Below are positions 20,293 through 30,938 of a DNA stretch of 64,000 nucleotides, one piece after another (positions within the stretch are counted from its first letter, which is position 1; each line of letters opens with the position of its first letter). The stretch covers positions 96,001 to 160,000 of the forward strand of contig CAVPZX010000008.1 in NCBI GenBank assembly GCA_963710375.1. The letters are read 5' to 3'. Below the pieces are notes generated by a model that saw nothing but the letters and a program-made list of their open reading frames with translations, ran no database searches and was not told where the DNA came from. Source of the DNA: Nitrospirota bacterium. GTDB taxonomy: Bacteria > Nitrospirota > Thermodesulfovibrionia > Thermodesulfovibrionales > Dissulfurispiraceae. The position numbers and the translations under genes are program-made.

Positions 20293-22788
20293 TTACTGGC
20301 TCGTTTCCTTGCAGTCGAAACCTGCACACTTGAACCATGCCACCATGCGTGTTAACTCATCGGCAAGTGCTGCAAGCCCGTCTGAAGACTGCTTTATATC
20401 AGCAGTGGATACCTGTAATCTTTTTGTTATTTCCGCAATGGTTTCGACTCTGTGCGAAACCTCTTCGGCAGCAGTAGACTGTTCCTCAGTCGCTGTAGCT
20501 ATCATCTGGGCCATATCCACGCCCTTCGAAGAGGCGCCTACTATTCCTTCAAGTGAATCACTTGCCTCACCTGTAAGTTTTAGTTCTTCTTCAACCTTGA
20601 CCTGAGCGTTTTCCATAGCTGTAAAAGATTTTTCCGTATCGTTTTGTATAAGGTTTATGATCCCGGCTATCTCCTGGGTAGCCGTACCGGTGCGCTCGGC
20701 AAGCTTCCTGACCTCATCTGCAACAACAGCAAAGCCGCGCCCCTGCTCGCCTGCCCGTGCAGCCTCGATAGCGGCATTAAGTGCCAGAAGGTTTGTCTGG
20801 TCCGATATATCTTTTATTACCACCACAATCTCTCCAATCTTGTTGGAGCTTTCTTTAAGCATCCCTATGGTTGAAGAAGCCCCTTTGACTGAGTCAGCTA
20901 TTTCGTGCATTCCTCGCACAGTTTTGCCTACAACATTCTTACCTTTGGCAGCCATATTCGATGCGACCTTTGAAGAATCTGCCGCAGCGCTCGCATTTTT
21001 TGCAACATCCATTATTGTCTGGCTTATCTGTGTTACGGCTGTGGCCGACTGCTCAGTCTGTGATGACTGCTCTACAGCTCCCTTATGGAGGGTTTCGGCT
21101 GTAACTGCGAGTTCCTGGGAGTTTGAAGACAATCTTATAATCGAATCCTGTAATTTCGATATTACCTGGCCTAAATTTGCAATCGCCATATTAAAATGAG
21201 AGGCCAGATTGCCGAACTCATCTTTAGTTGAGTCATTAATACGAATAGTGAGGTCGCCTTCTACAAAACCTGCAGCCAATTTCTCGAGATCATGAACAGG
21301 GTTCATAATCGAACGGGTTATCAACCTGTTCAGTATTAGCGATACAACCAGGGCGATAGCCGCAATGATGATGATAAGCCCGCTTGTCGTGGTGACGGTT
21401 GACTTTACCGCGGCGACTGCATTTTCCTGGCTGGTTTTAGCGGTGACCACTTCTTTATTTGTATCTTGAATTTGCCTTGAAACTATATCTTTCATCTTCT
21501 GGTTCAACTTTGAAACCTCTTCGATGTTTGCCAAAGACGCCTTCATCTTCTCAACAACCCCTTCCTTGCCCAAAAAACCCTGTTTTACCGCGACAAGCGC
21601 ATCCGCCGAGGTTTTATACATTTTCATAGCGTCGCCGAGAGATCCCTTTGACAAGAGATCTCTCAATTGCTTGAGTGTCTTATCCACCTGTACAAAGGCG
21701 CTTTGTATCGATGCGACAGTTTTATCGAAATCAGCCGGGTTCCTGACCGTCAGACTGTAATTTATATTAGACTCTATGAATCCGCTTAATGAGATGAGGT
21801 TGGAAGCAGTCATCAATATAGCATTGGAATCCGAAAATGTAGCTATGCTTTTAGTCATCTCATGACCGCTGCTCTTAAGAGATTCGTTGGCTGTGTCAAA
21901 ACCCCTTATCACAAGCGGAAGTATATAGGATAGTTCATATTCGGCGTCTTTTCCGAGTTTGTCGGATTTGTCTTTCTCCGACGCATCTTCATCATTAAGG
22001 TATTTCAGCTTGAGATTTGCAGCTTCAACTATCTTGGAGCTTGTTTGCCTGAACTTTTTTTCGAGTTCTTCTCCTGATTTATCGGCCCACTTCGTCGATT
22101 TTATTGCCTTAATAATATTGGCGGATGTTGTTTCAGCGCCGCTTTTTATCGCTGCTACACTCCTCCTGTCATCAGTTATAGGGAGCTGCGAAAGGCCGAT
22201 CATCAGGTCTTTAAATCCGTCACGCATGATTATGAAATTGTTTGCCTGCTGGTTTGCAGCCGTTGTTCGATCAATGCTAGAAACCATTGTTGATGTAGAA
22301 CCCTGCTGGAGTTTTCTGATATTGGCATCCAATGAACTTAACCTCTGTGATGCCTGGACAAGGCGACCTCTCAGGGCTTCCATGGACGTATTCGTGGATT
22401 GTTCCAGTGCAAGCCTCTTTTCGGTTATCTGAATAATGGATTTTGTTACATCGGAGATTTCACTGTTTGAAGAGTTATCCCTGCCGCTTAGCTTGGATAC
22501 GTCATCTGACGCTTGAATCTCTTCGGTAAGAGATTCATTTGCACTCGCAGAATTCTTTTTGAATTCCTCGATCGAATTCGATGCCGCAACTTTTAACAAA
22601 TTCGACGAATGTGATTGCAGCGCCCGTTGAAGATTAAATACCCTTATCTGGTAAGGAGTGGATTTCTGCGTCACTTCAAATATCTTGCTCTGGATGAATC
22701 TTATGCCCAGCACTGCGGTGGCTCCTATCGCTATCATCAGGATAAGAATAATGCCCGCATTCATATTAAGCTTCTGTCCGACTCTCAT
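20293..22788 (-). CDS. Methyl-accepting chemotaxis protein with a large periplasmic domain
   Basis: Two TM segments, a HAMP domain, and the [34 protein letters not shown] signature. Confidence 0.95.
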   Translation of the reverse strand: MRVGQKLNMNAGIILILMIAIGATAVLGIRFIQSKIFEVTQKSTPYQIRVFNLQRALQSHSSNLLKVAASNSIEEFKKNSASANESLTEEIQASDDVSKLSGRDNSSNSEISDVTKSIIQITEKRLALEQSTNTSMEALRGRLVQASQRLSSLDANIRKLQQGSTSTMVSSIDRTTAANQQANNFIIMRDGFKDLMIGLSQLPITDDRRSVAAIKSGAETTSANIIKAIKSTKWADKSGEELEKKFRQTSSKIVEAANLKLKYLNDEDASEKDKSDKLGKDAEYELSYILPLVIRGFDTANESLKSSGHEMTKSIATFSDSNAILMTASNLISLSGFIESNINYSLTVRNPADFDKTVASIQSAFVQVDKTLKQLRDLLSKGSLGDAMKMYKTSADALVAVKQGFLGKEGVVEKMKASLANIEEVSKLNQKMKDIVSRQIQDTNKEVVTAKTSQENAVAAVKSTVTTTSGLIIIIAAIALVVSLILNRLITRSIMNPVHDLEKLAAGFVEGDLTIRINDSTKDEFGNLASHFNMAIANLGQVISKLQDSIIRLSSNSQELAVTAETLHKGAVEQSSQTEQSATAVTQISQTIMDVAKNASAAADSSKVASNMAAKGKNVVGKTVRGMHEIADSVKGASSTIGMLKESSNKIGEIVVVIKDISDQTNLLALNAAIEAARAGEQGRGFAVVADEVRKLAERTGTATQEIAGIINLIQNDTEKSFTAMENAQVKVEEELKLTGEASDSLEGIVGASSKGVDMAQMIATATEEQSTAAEEVSHRVETIAEITKRLQVSTADIKQSSDGLAALADELTRMVAWFKCAGFDCKETSQ

Positions 22789-22813
22789 CTAGCCCTCTTT
22801 TCCGCCTTATTAA

Positions 22814-22851
22814 AATCCCCCCATCCCCGATCGAAGGGGAATAGGGGGATT
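22814..22851. terminator. Intergenic stem-loop between the ligand-binding protein and MCP genes
   Basis: aatccccccatcccc ... ggggaatagggggatt. Confidence 0.45.
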
Positions 22852-22904
22852 CTTGTCATTGCCGCCTATAGCATGAGACTTTTCTGATCCGACTGCCGAT
22901 CAAT

Positions 22905-24188
22905 CTATTTGCCCTCCTGAAGCGCAGCCTCTCCAACCTTCGCCCTTAAATCTAACCAGTCTTTTTGATCTATGGCAGCTTCGTCGCCCTTCATGGAATT
23001 TAAGATCTCGAAATAATCTTCCCCGTATTTACTCTTCTTTACCTCGTCTGCAGGTTTGGCTATTTCAGCATAAACAGTCTGGATAGATTGATGGTCCCAG
23101 GGTCTCCAATACTGCTCATCTTTCAGTCCGATATAATGATGTCCTTCAAGCGCTTCTATAACAGCCTTTGTATCGAATGTCTTGGCACGCTCTACGGCAT
23201 CCTTGTATTGATAAAGTATAACGTATGCCGATCCGCCGGCTTCTGAAGGATATCTCTTATATAGCTGCTCGAATTTGTTTACAAAGGCTATCCCCTTCGG
23301 GTAGTTGTATTTAAATGGAATGGTCCAGTTCCACGGCTCTGCGCCTATTATACCCTCCATGGCCTCTGGGCCTGCTCCTTCCGCCATATCGAGGGTCAGG
23401 TTGGGAACTATAATCTGCATCGTCTTTTTCAACCCCATCTCGTAAGCCTGTTTTACCGATATCCCCATATCCCGGCCAAACTCGGTCAGCACCAGGACCT
23501 GGGCGCCGCTCTCTTTGGCAGCAGTCAGCGCGTCCTTAAAATCCATAGCGCCAAGACGTGTTAAAACACCTCCATTTACGGCCTTGTCAGTAGTGTTTGT
23601 GAATTTTCTGAAGGCGTCTTCGGTTGTCGTGCCCCAGATGTAATCCACAGTAATGTAAAAATATTTCTTGCCGCCAAAATGCTGATTCAGATAATTCGAC
23701 AACACCTTTGCAGCCATATACGAGTCATAACATTCCCTGAATATATTCCTGTTGCCTTCTTCAATCGTAGTCGCTGTTGCGTAAGTCAGAGTACCGAAGA
23801 AGATTTTATTTTTCTGTAAAGCAACTTTATTATCAGCAATTGCCACCCCGCTGGAGGAGCCGCCGAAAAGCATCGGCACGCCTTCCTTATCAAAGAGTTC
23901 AATCGCGTTTTCTCTTGCTATCTTTGGATTGGATTTTGTGTCCCGGTACACAAGCTGCACCTTTTTCCCCAAAATGCCGCCTGCAGCGTTGATCTCTTCA
24001 ACAGCCATGTCTGCTGCCCTCTTCTCATCCAACCCCTGGGCTGCGTACGGGCCTGTCTCAGGGTAACTCAAGCCGATCTTTACTACCTCATCGGCAAAAA
24101 CAGAGACGCCGGATGCAAACAAAAACATACCACTTATTATTAACACAACTAGTTGATAAATGAGAGAACCGGTCACCATTTTTTTCAT
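22905..24188 (-). CDS. LivK/LivJ-type periplasmic ligand-binding protein
   Basis: Signal peptide; KIGLSYPETGPYA, EINAAGGILG, GGSSSGVAIA motifs. Confidence 0.9.
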   Translation of the reverse strand: MKKMVTGSLIYQLVVLIISGMFLFASGVSVFADEVVKIGLSYPETGPYAAQGLDEKRAADMAVEEINAAGGILGKKVQLVYRDTKSNPKIARENAIELFDKEGVPMLFGGSSSGVAIADNKVALQKNKIFFGTLTYATATTIEEGNRNIFRECYDSYMAAKVLSNYLNQHFGGKKYFYITVDYIWGTTTEDAFRKFTNTTDKAVNGGVLTRLGAMDFKDALTAAKESGAQVLVLTEFGRDMGISVKQAYEMGLKKTMQIIVPNLTLDMAEGAGPEAMEGIIGAEPWNWTIPFKYNYPKGIAFVNKFEQLYKRYPSEAGGSAYVILYQYKDAVERAKTFDTKAVIEALEGHHYIGLKDEQYWRPWDHQSIQTVYAEIAKPADEVKKSKYGEDYFEILNSMKGDEAAIDQKDWLDLRAKVGEAALQEGK

Positions 24189-24352
24189 TGCTACCCTCCT
24201 TAACGAGTTGGTTTATAAATCCAAAAATCATCAGGATTTGAGATGAATCGATATTACATTAATTTAAAAGATGACAAAAATGCAAGTATCTGTAGGCTGC
24301 GCAGCGGGTCTGGATCAGAGGGTATGGATATCACGGCAAGGCTGCAAAACGT

Positions 24353-24580
24353 TCAGCCTTCAGTGGCATCGACCAGTTCTTTTATGAGCATCAGCGCCTC
24401 GGCTGCGGCATCACTATCAATCTTCTGGATAGCGAAACCGGCGTGCACCAGCACATAGTCGTCTATCTTCGCCTCCTCGGGCAGCAGAAGGAGGCTGACT
24501 TCACGACGAGCGCCGTAAACATCAACGGTCGCAGTCATATCACCTATGGTTACGATCCTGGAAGGTATGGCAATGCACAT
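24353..24580 (-). CDS. hypC: Hydrogenase maturation chaperone HypC
   Basis: MCIAIPS and YVLVHAGFAI motifs. Confidence 0.95.
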   Translation of the reverse strand: MCIAIPSRIVTIGDMTATVDVYGARREVSLLLLPEEAKIDDYVLVHAGFAIQKIDSDAAAEALMLIKELVDATEG

Positions 24581-24670
24581 AAAAGCTCCTCAAATAAGTT
24601 ATTTAGTATATTCTACCTTAAAACAGCTTAACATTTGCAATAAAGACCCAAAGTTTGGGCAGATAAAAGT

Positions 24671-24757
24671 AGGCAGAGGTAAAGGTAGAGGGAAAAAATG
24701 AACAGTGATTTTTTGTCTTTTGTTTGTCTTAACCTTAACCTTTACCTTTACCTGCCT
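24671..24757. repeat. Hexamer tandem-repeat hairpin, copy 2
   Basis: aggcagaggtaaaggtagagg ... cttaaccttaacctttacctttacctgcct; spacer aacagtgattttttgtcttt resembles copy 1. Confidence 0.75.
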
Positions 24758-24808
24758 CATGAGCGGCTTGTTGACAACACTTAAACACGGTGCTTAAACT
24801 TAAAGGCC

Positions 24809-26473
24809 ATGGAAAAGATTTTGAGAGCGCTTTTGGAAAAAGCAGCGTCGGCTGCTTTTAATGCTCCGTTTGATAATATAGAAATTACACCTCCAAAAGA
24901 TGAGGGCTTCGGAGACTTGTGCACTCCCGTTGCAATGAGCTTGACGAAGCTTTTGAAAAAGCCGCCCAGGAAGATTGCGGAGGACATAGTAAACGTAATC
25001 AGTGGGCGCGGCACCTTCGAGAAGATCGAGATAGCAGGTCCCGGTTTTATAAACTTTACTTTCTCGCGTTCATTCCTCTGTAAAGAACTGACTGAACTCA
25101 TTACCTCAGGCGAGAAATTCCTTTCCGAGGACATCGGCAAAGGCAGGAAGATACAAATAGAATTTGTAAGCTCCAACCCTACCGGCCCCATGCATTTGGG
25201 CCATGGCAGAGGGGCCGCCCTCGGGGCCGCGCTGTCGAATCTCCTGAGCGAAGCCGGCTATGCGGTAGAAAAAGAATTCTACATCAATGATGCCGGGCGC
25301 CAGGTAAAACTGCTCGGCATGTCTGTGTTTGCAAGATATAAACAGCTGTGCGGCATACAGTACCCTTTTCCCGAAGACGGATACAGGGGGGACTATACGG
25401 AAGACATAGCAAAGGAGATAAAAGAAAAATACGGTAATGCATTCGGGGAAAAGGATTTTAACGATGCTGCAGAGCTATTCATAGATTTTTCTTATATGAA
25501 AATGCTGGACGCCATCAAAAAAGACCTTGAGGATTTCGGCGTTTTTTTTGATACGTGGCAGAGTGAGCGGGAGCTGTATGAAAAAGGAGAAGTAAAACAG
25601 GCGATAGATGACCTCAGAGAACGCGGCTACATTTTCGAGGAGGATGATGCCACATGGTTCAGGTCAACAGCATTCGGTGATGACAAAGACCGGGTCATCA
25701 TAAAAAAAGACGGGGAATATACCTACTTCGCCCCGGACATCGCCTATCACAGGAAAAAAGTTGCAAGGGGTTTTGATGAGCTTATCGACATATGGGGCGC
25801 CGACCACCATGGCTATGTGCCGCGTATGGAGGCTGTTATTCAGGCCCTCGGATGCCCAAAAAACAGCCTGCGAGTGCTGCTGGTCCAAATGGTTTCCCTT
25901 TTAAGAGGCGGACAGCCGGTCCAGATGTCAAAACGCTCCGGTGAATTCATTACGCTGCGGGAGGTCATAGATGATATAGGCGCCGACACAACCAAGTTCC
26001 TGTTTTTGACGCGTCGCTCCGACAGTCATCTTGAGGTAGACATCGAGGTCGCCAAAGCACAATCCTCTGAGAACCCGGTGTATTATGTCCAGTATGCCAA
26101 TGCCCGTATCAACAGTATTTTTGAAAAGGCGAAACAAGAATCAACGGGAGGCGGCTTCCCGGCAGGAGAAATAGAGCAATACCTGGCTGCATTTAACGGC
26201 GAATGTTTTAACGATGAAGAAATGCGCATCCTTAAAAAACTGCTGCTCTATCCCATGATGTTCAGAAATGCAGCGCTCGCGCATGAGCCGCACCGCATCA
26301 CGTTCTACCTTCAGGAGCTTGCAGGGATGTTCCATCCTTATTACCACAAATATAAGGTTGTTACCGGGGATGTTGAACTTACCAGGGCACGCCTTGCGCT
26401 CTGCCGGGCGATACAAATAGTCTTGCGTCACGGACTAAAAATATTAGGCGTCAAAGCCCCCGATCGTATGTAA
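24809..26473 (+). CDS. argS: Arginine--tRNA ligase
   Basis: SSNPTGPMHLGHGRG, WGADHHGY, MSKRSG, YYVQYA motifs. Confidence 0.97.
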   Translation: MEKILRALLEKAASAAFNAPFDNIEITPPKDEGFGDLCTPVAMSLTKLLKKPPRKIAEDIVNVISGRGTFEKIEIAGPGFINFTFSRSFLCKELTELITSGEKFLSEDIGKGRKIQIEFVSSNPTGPMHLGHGRGAALGAALSNLLSEAGYAVEKEFYINDAGRQVKLLGMSVFARYKQLCGIQYPFPEDGYRGDYTEDIAKEIKEKYGNAFGEKDFNDAAELFIDFSYMKMLDAIKKDLEDFGVFFDTWQSERELYEKGEVKQAIDDLRERGYIFEEDDATWFRSTAFGDDKDRVIIKKDGEYTYFAPDIAYHRKKVARGFDELIDIWGADHHGYVPRMEAVIQALGCPKNSLRVLLVQMVSLLRGGQPVQMSKRSGEFITLREVIDDIGADTTKFLFLTRRSDSHLEVDIEVAKAQSSENPVYYVQYANARINSIFEKAKQESTGGGFPAGEIEQYLAAFNGECFNDEEMRILKKLLLYPMMFRNAALAHEPHRITFYLQELAGMFHPYYHKYKVVTGDVELTRARLALCRAIQIVLRHGLKILGVKAPDRM

Positions 26474-26476
26474 AGT

Positions 26477-26584
26477 AAAGACAGGTTAAGGTTAAGGTTA
26501 AGGTTAAGGTAGAGGCAAAGAGTAAGTTAGATTTGGTAGTATGCCGTGTTTTTTTTGTCTTTACCTAAACCTTAACCTGTCTTT
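26477..26584. repeat. Hexamer tandem-repeat hairpin, copy 3; probable bidirectional terminator
   Basis: aaagacaggttaaggttaaggttaaggttaaggtagagg ... ctttacctaaaccttaacctgtcttt, between convergent genes. Confidence 0.8.
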
Positions 26585-27949
26585 CTATGGGATCCCGTAT
26601 TGTTTGCGTTTTCTCCACAGGGTGACTGATGTAATGCCGAGGATTTCGGCAGCTCTTTCCAGGTTCTGTTCCAGCTTTAAAACAGCCACGATATGATCTC
26701 TCTCAATTTCCTCCAGGGTCTTCAGCTGTTCACCTTTGGAAGTTTCAGAAACGTTCTGCAGGAGAATTGCCGGAGGAAGGGATGCATCTTCGACCTCTTC
26801 TGCAGTCGTGAGAATCACTGTCCGTTCCAACGCGTTTTTCAGTTCACGAACGTTCCCCGGCCAATCATAATCGAGGAGCTTCTGCATTACTTTGCCGGGA
26901 ATTACCGGGACGTTTGATTTCCCCTGGCGGGTTGCAGCCTCTTTTATGAAGCGCTGGACAAGTACGGGAATGTCTTCTTTCCTGTACCGCAGAGGGACCA
27001 GATAGCTTTCCAGAATATTAAGACGGTAATAAAGGTCCTCCCGAAACCCCTTGCCGGCTACGGCCTCCTGCAAATCGTGGTTGGTTGCCGCGATAACACG
27101 GGTATTCACCTTGATTTCATCCGTTCCGCCAACCCTCTCGATGATTTTTTCCTGAAGAAACCGTAAAAGCTTTGTCTGCGCCGAAAGCGAGAGGTCACCG
27201 ATCTCATCCAGAAAAAGAGTGCCGTTATCGGCCAATTCGAGCTTCCCTGTCTTTTCACTAATAGCGCCGGTGAAAGCTCCCCTGACATGTCCGAAGAGTT
27301 CGGACTCCAGTACCGACTCTGCGAGAGTCGTGCAGGAGACAGTTATGAAGGGGCCGCTTGACCTGCGAGAGCGGCTGTGTATGAGTCTGGCCAGTTCGGT
27401 TTTGCCTGTCCCGCTTTCTCCGGTAATAAGGACTGTTTCGTCCGTGGGAGCGACCTGATTCACGAAAATTTCCAACTGCTGCATTGCCGGAGAAACAAAA
27501 CCCAGGAAATATTCAGGCCGGCAGCGTTCATTTCTCAGTGCCTCGTTTTCTCTTTTGAGTGAGATGAATGCCTGGACCTTCTCAATCAGGTGAGCAAGCT
27601 GGGCAGTGGTAAAAGGCTTAGGCAGATAATCAAATGCGCCCTCTTTTGTTACCTGTACCGCATTTTCGATCGACGAATAAGCAGTCATCACGACTATAAT
27701 CACTTCGGGCTGAGCACGTCTCGCATCCCGGATAAGGTCAATACCTGTCGGTCCGCCTAATCGAAAATCCGTAAGGACAAGATCGAATGTTTCGGCCCTT
27801 AAAGCTTCTCCGGCCTCTTTCAGTGATGCTGCAGCAACAGCATGATGCCCCATGTCCGTCAGGGAAACAAAGAGTGTATTACGGATATTATTTTCATCGT
27901 CAACTAAAAGTATCCTAAGCTTTTGGTCCATGCCCCGCATTTTACTCAT
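26585..27949 (-). CDS. NtrC-family sigma54-dependent response regulator
   Basis: Receiver domain (LLVDD), GESGTGKT, GAFTGA, WPGNVREL and a Fis-type HTH. Start may instead be 27931. Confidence 0.94.
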   Translation of the reverse strand: MSKMRGMDQKLRILLVDDENNIRNTLFVSLTDMGHHAVAAASLKEAGEALRAETFDLVLTDFRLGGPTGIDLIRDARRAQPEVIIVVMTAYSSIENAVQVTKEGAFDYLPKPFTTAQLAHLIEKVQAFISLKRENEALRNERCRPEYFLGFVSPAMQQLEIFVNQVAPTDETVLITGESGTGKTELARLIHSRSRRSSGPFITVSCTTLAESVLESELFGHVRGAFTGAISEKTGKLELADNGTLFLDEIGDLSLSAQTKLLRFLQEKIIERVGGTDEIKVNTRVIAATNHDLQEAVAGKGFREDLYYRLNILESYLVPLRYRKEDIPVLVQRFIKEAATRQGKSNVPVIPGKVMQKLLDYDWPGNVRELKNALERTVILTTAEEVEDASLPPAILLQNVSETSKGEQLKTLEEIERDHIVAVLKLEQNLERAAEILGITSVTLWRKRKQYGIP

Positions 27950-29723
27950 TTTCCTTCGGAAGTGGCAGGAGTATCCTGAAACAGGAACCCGTCGGTTCAA
28001 CAGGTTCGTATTCAACCCTTCCGCCATGGGCCTCGGTAACCTCTTTTACAATGGTCAAACCCAGACCCAGGTATCCAGGAGCGCGGGCAGGAGTATCGGC
28101 TTGTTCACCTGTTCCTTTAAAGTAGGGGTCAAACATACGCCTGCGGATTTCTTCCGGTATTGTCGGCCCCTGATTTGTTACCCTGATTTCAATATTTTCT
28201 TTGTCGCCGCCAAGAACTACCCTGATAGTAGAGTCCTTCGGAGAAACCCTGATGGAATTGGTAAGCAGATTTGAGATCACCCATGGAAATTTTGTAGGGT
28301 CTATCTCGGCCCATATATCTCCAGCACTCTCTTTTTCATAGTTTAGAGTGACCCCCCGCTCTGCTGCAAGCAAGCCAAATGGTTTGAGCCACTCTGGGAG
28401 AAATTCGCTCAGTTTGGTTAATTCCGGCTGTATGAGAATTGAGGTCCCGGGAAGATGGTCAACCTGTATGAACTGATTGGCAACTGAACGGATGCGGGCC
28501 ACGTCGCTCAGCAGTGTCTCGATGAGAAATTGTGTCCGCTCATCAAACAATTCCTTCTTCTGTGCCAGTAGCTCTATGGCTGTGCCAAGGGATTGCAGAG
28601 GAGTTTTAAGCTCATGAGAGAGAACGCCGATGAATTCCGCCTTGAGACGCTCTCTCTGGCGGACCTCGGTAACATCGTGGAGAAGAAACATTGTCGAGAC
28701 AAGTTCTCCCATTGGAGAATGTACCTCCCTGATCCGGGCCTCAAAACTTCTTTGGCCCTCCTTTTCAGTCCTCAGTTCAAAAACCGGGGAACCCTCTTTT
28801 CCCAGCTCCCTCCATATTTCACGAAGCTTAAAATAATTATCCGACATGGAAGGAAGATCCATCCACATCATTTCAATGATACTGTCCGTGCCAAGACCGA
28901 TGAGTTCAGCCATCCTCTGGTTTACATGAGTGACCCGTCCCTTATTGTCCCATGCAATCACTGCATCCTCAACCGAAGAGAGAAGCGTTTCCAACTGGTT
29001 TTTCTGCCTGAGAATCTTTTCGAGATTAAGCTGGTCTGAGCGGCTCACTCTCTCCCACAACAATGAGAGTTCCTCATTGAGAATGCGAATTTCGAGGCTT
29101 GTAGGCTCAGGCAGCTTGAGTCTCTCTCCAGGCTTTACCCTTGACCGCAGGACCTCGGCGATGTCCTTTAACGGCTTTGCCAGGCGGCTTGACAGCGAAT
29201 CGACCATCAGGAGTGTGACGACAAAGATCACGACAAAAAAGAGTGCGGCCCCAATAACAAACACACGGCGAACATTCCCGCTTGTGGTGATAAGCTCAAA
29301 CATCCCATGTTCATTAAGCACAGTCAAAGCCTCTAAATCTTCGTTCATTTCCCTGGTCAATTCATCGGACCGGACTCCCTGTTTCCATTGGTTCCAGAGG
29401 GCCTCTATTTTACCGGCTATTTTCCGATCACCAGGTCCGGAAATATTGGACAACTCAAACCTCAAGGCGCCGTTAAACTGGTCTATCCATCTTTTCTCCG
29501 GTAAATCCTGGTAAGCCCTGGTTAAATGAAGCGCGTTCCATGCCTGCTGCATTTTCCTTGAAGCCTCGATTTGATCATAATTGGCATGAATCATTTTTGG
29601 GGTGATACTTGTCGCCATATAAACAGAGGAGACGATCAAAAGAGTGCACATTACCCCGAACACAGCTATAAAGCTCAGATAGCCGTGCAGTATCTTCTTA
29701 CGCAGGGGTGGAAGCACTGTCAT
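27942..29723 (-). CDS. Sensor histidine kinase (TM, PAS, HisKA, HATPase)
   Basis: SHELKTPL, NLLTNS, GLGLTIV motifs. Confidence 0.93.
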   Translation of the reverse strand: MTVLPPLRKKILHGYLSFIAVFGVMCTLLIVSSVYMATSITPKMIHANYDQIEASRKMQQAWNALHLTRAYQDLPEKRWIDQFNGALRFELSNISGPGDRKIAGKIEALWNQWKQGVRSDELTREMNEDLEALTVLNEHGMFELITTSGNVRRVFVIGAALFFVVIFVVTLLMVDSLSSRLAKPLKDIAEVLRSRVKPGERLKLPEPTSLEIRILNEELSLLWERVSRSDQLNLEKILRQKNQLETLLSSVEDAVIAWDNKGRVTHVNQRMAELIGLGTDSIIEMMWMDLPSMSDNYFKLREIWRELGKEGSPVFELRTEKEGQRSFEARIREVHSPMGELVSTMFLLHDVTEVRQRERLKAEFIGVLSHELKTPLQSLGTAIELLAQKKELFDERTQFLIETLLSDVARIRSVANQFIQVDHLPGTSILIQPELTKLSEFLPEWLKPFGLLAAERGVTLNYEKESAGDIWAEIDPTKFPWVISNLLTNSIRVSPKDSTIRVVLGGDKENIEIRVTNQGPTIPEEIRRRMFDPYFKGTGEQADTPARAPGYLGLGLTIVKEVTEAHGGRVEYEPVEPTGSCFRILLPLPKENE

Positions 29724-30859
29724 TGTTCGTCCTCTCTGTATGGGGTAGAGGCTATAATATGGACATCGATCCCCACAGAATCATTCATAAAATTAAGGAT
29801 CACCGACCCAAATATCCGCTCTTTTATAGGTGGCCTTTCCGTCTTTCCGAAGATCGCATGGCGGACCTTATGTGTCTGCGCAAAATTCACCAGGGTTTCA
29901 GCAATATCCTCGCCATGGAGCGTCACTATTTCAGCGCCGAGCATCCTGGCAAGTTTTAAATTGGAAAGGAGCTTTCTTTGCAATGAAGAATTAATGCGCT
30001 CCGGGGCTTCCTGTTTTCTCTGTACGTAGACAACATAGCACCGCGCTGAAAGCCGGGCAGCAAGTTGTGCAGCCTTCCTGATCAGCGCCTCTGCATTGGG
30101 AGCGCCCGAACTGATCGCAACCATTACAGCCTCATCCGCCTCCTGGGCAGCCTGCTCGGACAGGAGATGCTCCTCCTCGATCTTCCTTAGCTGGTCATCA
30201 GCAGCTTCCTGGAGCGCCAATTTCCGCAGGAGCGAGAGATTCTCGTGAGTAAAAAAATTCAGGAGCGCCCTCTCCGCTTTTGACATCTCATATACTTTGC
30301 CGGACCGAAGCCTTTCGCGCAGTTCTTCGATAGTGACGTCTACATTGACAATCTGGTCGGCCCTCTGCAGAATGTAGTCGGGTACCCTCTCCCCCACAGG
30401 GACCCGCAGCGCAGTATCCACTTTCTCGGCAATCGTCTCAAAATGTTGTATATTCAAGGTTGTGATGACATTGATCCCGTGTTCAAGGATTTCGAGCACA
30501 TCCTGGAAGCGTTTCTCATTTTTTACACCTGCTGCATTTGAGTGGGCCATCTCATCCACCAGCGCGATTTGAGGATTGCGCCTGACAATTCCGTCAACAT
30601 CCATCTCACGCACCGTAATGCCGCCAATGTTTAACTGAAGCGGCTCTATTATCTCGAGTCCTTCCTGCAACTTTACAGTGTCAGGCCGGTTGTGAGGCTC
30701 GACATACCCAATAACTACATCGTATCCCTGTTCCCTGAGCCGATGTCCCTCCTGCAGCATTGCGTAGGTCTTACCGACTCCGGCAGCATACCCCAAATAT
30801 ATTTTCAGAGAGCCTTTTGTTTTTCTCTCTAAGAGTTTCTCAAATCCGTCAGTATCCAA
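29720..30859 (-). CDS. Stand-alone KdpD N-terminal sensor domain plus USP domain
   Basis: LKIYLGYAAGVGKTYAML, ALVDEMAHSN, TTLNIQH, then a USP-like C-terminus; no TM or kinase domain. Confidence 0.9.
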   Translation of the reverse strand: MDTDGFEKLLERKTKGSLKIYLGYAAGVGKTYAMLQEGHRLREQGYDVVIGYVEPHNRPDTVKLQEGLEIIEPLQLNIGGITVREMDVDGIVRRNPQIALVDEMAHSNAAGVKNEKRFQDVLEILEHGINVITTLNIQHFETIAEKVDTALRVPVGERVPDYILQRADQIVNVDVTIEELRERLRSGKVYEMSKAERALLNFFTHENLSLLRKLALQEAADDQLRKIEEEHLLSEQAAQEADEAVMVAISSGAPNAEALIRKAAQLAARLSARCYVVYVQRKQEAPERINSSLQRKLLSNLKLARMLGAEIVTLHGEDIAETLVNFAQTHKVRHAIFGKTERPPIKERIFGSVILNFMNDSVGIDVHIIASTPYREDEQ

Positions 30860-30938
30860 AACAATCCCTTTTCCACCGCTTGAAGTATAATATAGAGTAT
30901 AAACCTTTATATTTTACACTGGAAGGTATACGTTAGTC

